Below are positions 62,468 to 64,000 of a DNA stretch of 64,000 nt, piece by piece. The DNA comes from Octopus bimaculoides (Eukaryota). The translations under genes were made by a program, and so were the position numbers. The stretch is taken from assembly GCF_001194135.2 (NCBI RefSeq), contig NC_068992.1, positions 61,676,460 to 61,740,459 of the forward strand. The letters are read 5' to 3'. Position 1 is the stretch's first letter. Every line of letters begins with the position of its first letter. The notes below the pieces were generated by a model that made no database searches, was not told where the DNA came from, and saw only the letters and a list, made by a program, of their open reading frames with translations.

Positions 62468-63423
62468 TTCCCAACTAAGCAATGCCTGCAATAAAATAAA
62501 GATAGTAAAAATTTTACTCCCACATAAATCACCAAGGTGATAGTCTATTTTTATAAATGTTTCCAATGAAGAGGTCAACTACATAATCTGCTTTGCATTT
62601 GTTGCATGAATTTGAAAGCATAACTAATCGGCTTATTAATTTCAATTCATTAGAGCTTTCACAATTTTGCCCGATAGTTTTTTAATTAAGAAGTTGGTTA
62701 ATCGTTTAAATAGCCACCGGTCAAGGTGAAGTGAGAGAACCTAGAGATGTAGAAGAAAAAAAATTTAAAAAGAAAAAGGTGTATTTAGAAATCGACTAAA
62801 AATGCAGCTGTATTAACTATAAAATTGCCAGCATTTCAAATATAATTAACTGATGGTAATTACCAGTGCTGAAATCACTTTGCGATGTTTTTACTAACCA
62901 GTCAATCTATCAATTTTAAATAGTTGCAGTCTAATAAGAAAACTAGATGGGAAAGTGAGGAGGAGAGTTGTGGAGAATGAGGTAAACCATTTGCCAATAA
63001 GTCTGAAAACTGGTTTCCAATTCCATCATACAGCTAATACCATTCAAAAATGCATGAATGTCACCTTATCCTATCCACAGTTCTCCTGTTGAAGTTAGAA
63101 ATCGATATTAAGGCTACAACAAAAGTGAACTCCTATTGATTTTATTTTAGTTTTAATAATATCATGTGAGCTCCAAGTAGTGGACTAGAGGTTATATATT
63201 GCTTGGTAGAAACCATGCTACATTCTGTTAAACTCAGTTTGTATGGCTGAATACAATAATTTTTACTTTGTAAATGAATAGATGGTTTCAAAATGCCAGC
63301 CCAAACAACCTTATGTAAACAGTGACACTTTTAAAAATTATTCAACTCTAAATTTCCATGGAGCTATTTTCCATCATTAGAAGACTTGACACTTTCCATT
63401 ACATTGCCGGAGAAAGAAAATTT

Positions 63424-63643
63424 AGCTCTTTAGCACTTGGATTATTCTGTTAAACATAATGCTTATTTGTTCATGTCGTTTTGAATTAATCATGCATTAT
63501 CTTGTAGCTTCGAGATTTTGGCGATGTGATTCTAAGAATGACATTTGCAGGATAGATGTGAGAGGTCAGATCTGGCCAGTTTTAGCATTAAGCAGATAGA
63601 TTATTTGGGCTGGATGTAACCAGTTTGAACACTAAAGGGTTAA
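63424..63643 (+). mobile_element. PB1 MITE
   Basis: ttagctctttagca ... cactaaagggttaa. Confidence 0.78.
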
Positions 63644-63687
63644 ATAAAAGAACCTACTTGAATAACATTTATACTGATGAAAGAAAA

Positions 63688-64000
63688 TTATGCCCTGCCA
63701 AAACATTTGAGAGACCTGCAAGACATGGATGCGGAGGTCTTCAAGACAAAACTCGACGCTTTCCTCTCCACGATACCAGACGAACCAATGGCTCGAAATG
63801 AGACGCAGTTTAGGGCAGCGATGTCAAATTCTCTTATACACAAGATGTGCCATCAAAACTCTTGATTGGACCATATCAGGTGGGGGAGAAGAGCCATGCA
63901 AGGAACGTGAAGAGAGCACAGCATAAAGACGGAAAATCACGGTGGTGCTCCAGCATGACCGCAGCCACTTGGCTGAAACCCATAAATAAAATAAATAAAT
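63688..64000 (+). mobile_element. 5'-truncated CR1/L2-type LINE 3' end (ORF2 C-terminus, 3' UTR, (TAAA)n tail)
   Basis: ALPKHLRDLQDMDAEVFKTKLDAFLSTIPDEP..RAAMSNSL is a typical CR1/L2-group ORF2 terminus; tail ataaataaaataaataaat. Confidence 0.85.

Overview
AT-rich, repeat-dense animal genomic DNA with seven N gaps, six with microsatellites on both sides. The SINE/MITE complement and microsatellite density look like an octopus (cephalopod) genome; this is inference. The only host gene recognised is the main coding exon of an SPSB1/SPSB4/gustavus orthologue (SPRY-domain SOCS-box E3 adaptor) on the minus strand. The exon spans 31835-31006, with 694 coding nt from the MGQKVSGG start and a phase-1 GTAAGT donor. 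The SOCS-box exon and the upstream 5' exon(s) were not found, so most or all of the window is probably intron. The rest is transposon debris: a Helitron PIF1 helicase pseudogene, mariner (D34D) and Tc1 fragments, RTE and CR1/L2-type LINE fragments, several tRNA-derived SINE families, TTAA-flanked piggyBac-type MITEs and a fold-back MITE. Family labels A1, A2, B, C, R, D, PB1 and PB2 are my own. Most interesting: (1) Penelope-type minimal hammerhead ribozyme motifs, best at 33601-33689, all antisense to SPSB; (2) a ~600 bp-arm intronic inverted repeat 2 kb from the SPSB exon; (3) an SPSB uORF whose TAA overlaps the first of two tandem ATGs, with possible effects on myristoylation and on a hypothetical circRNA ORF; (4) modular SINEs, one sharing a compensatorily conserved 3' stem-loop with a LINE in the window. 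Everything was read by eye. Boundaries of degenerate repeats are approximate (about +/-20 bp) and no alignments or folding programs were run.
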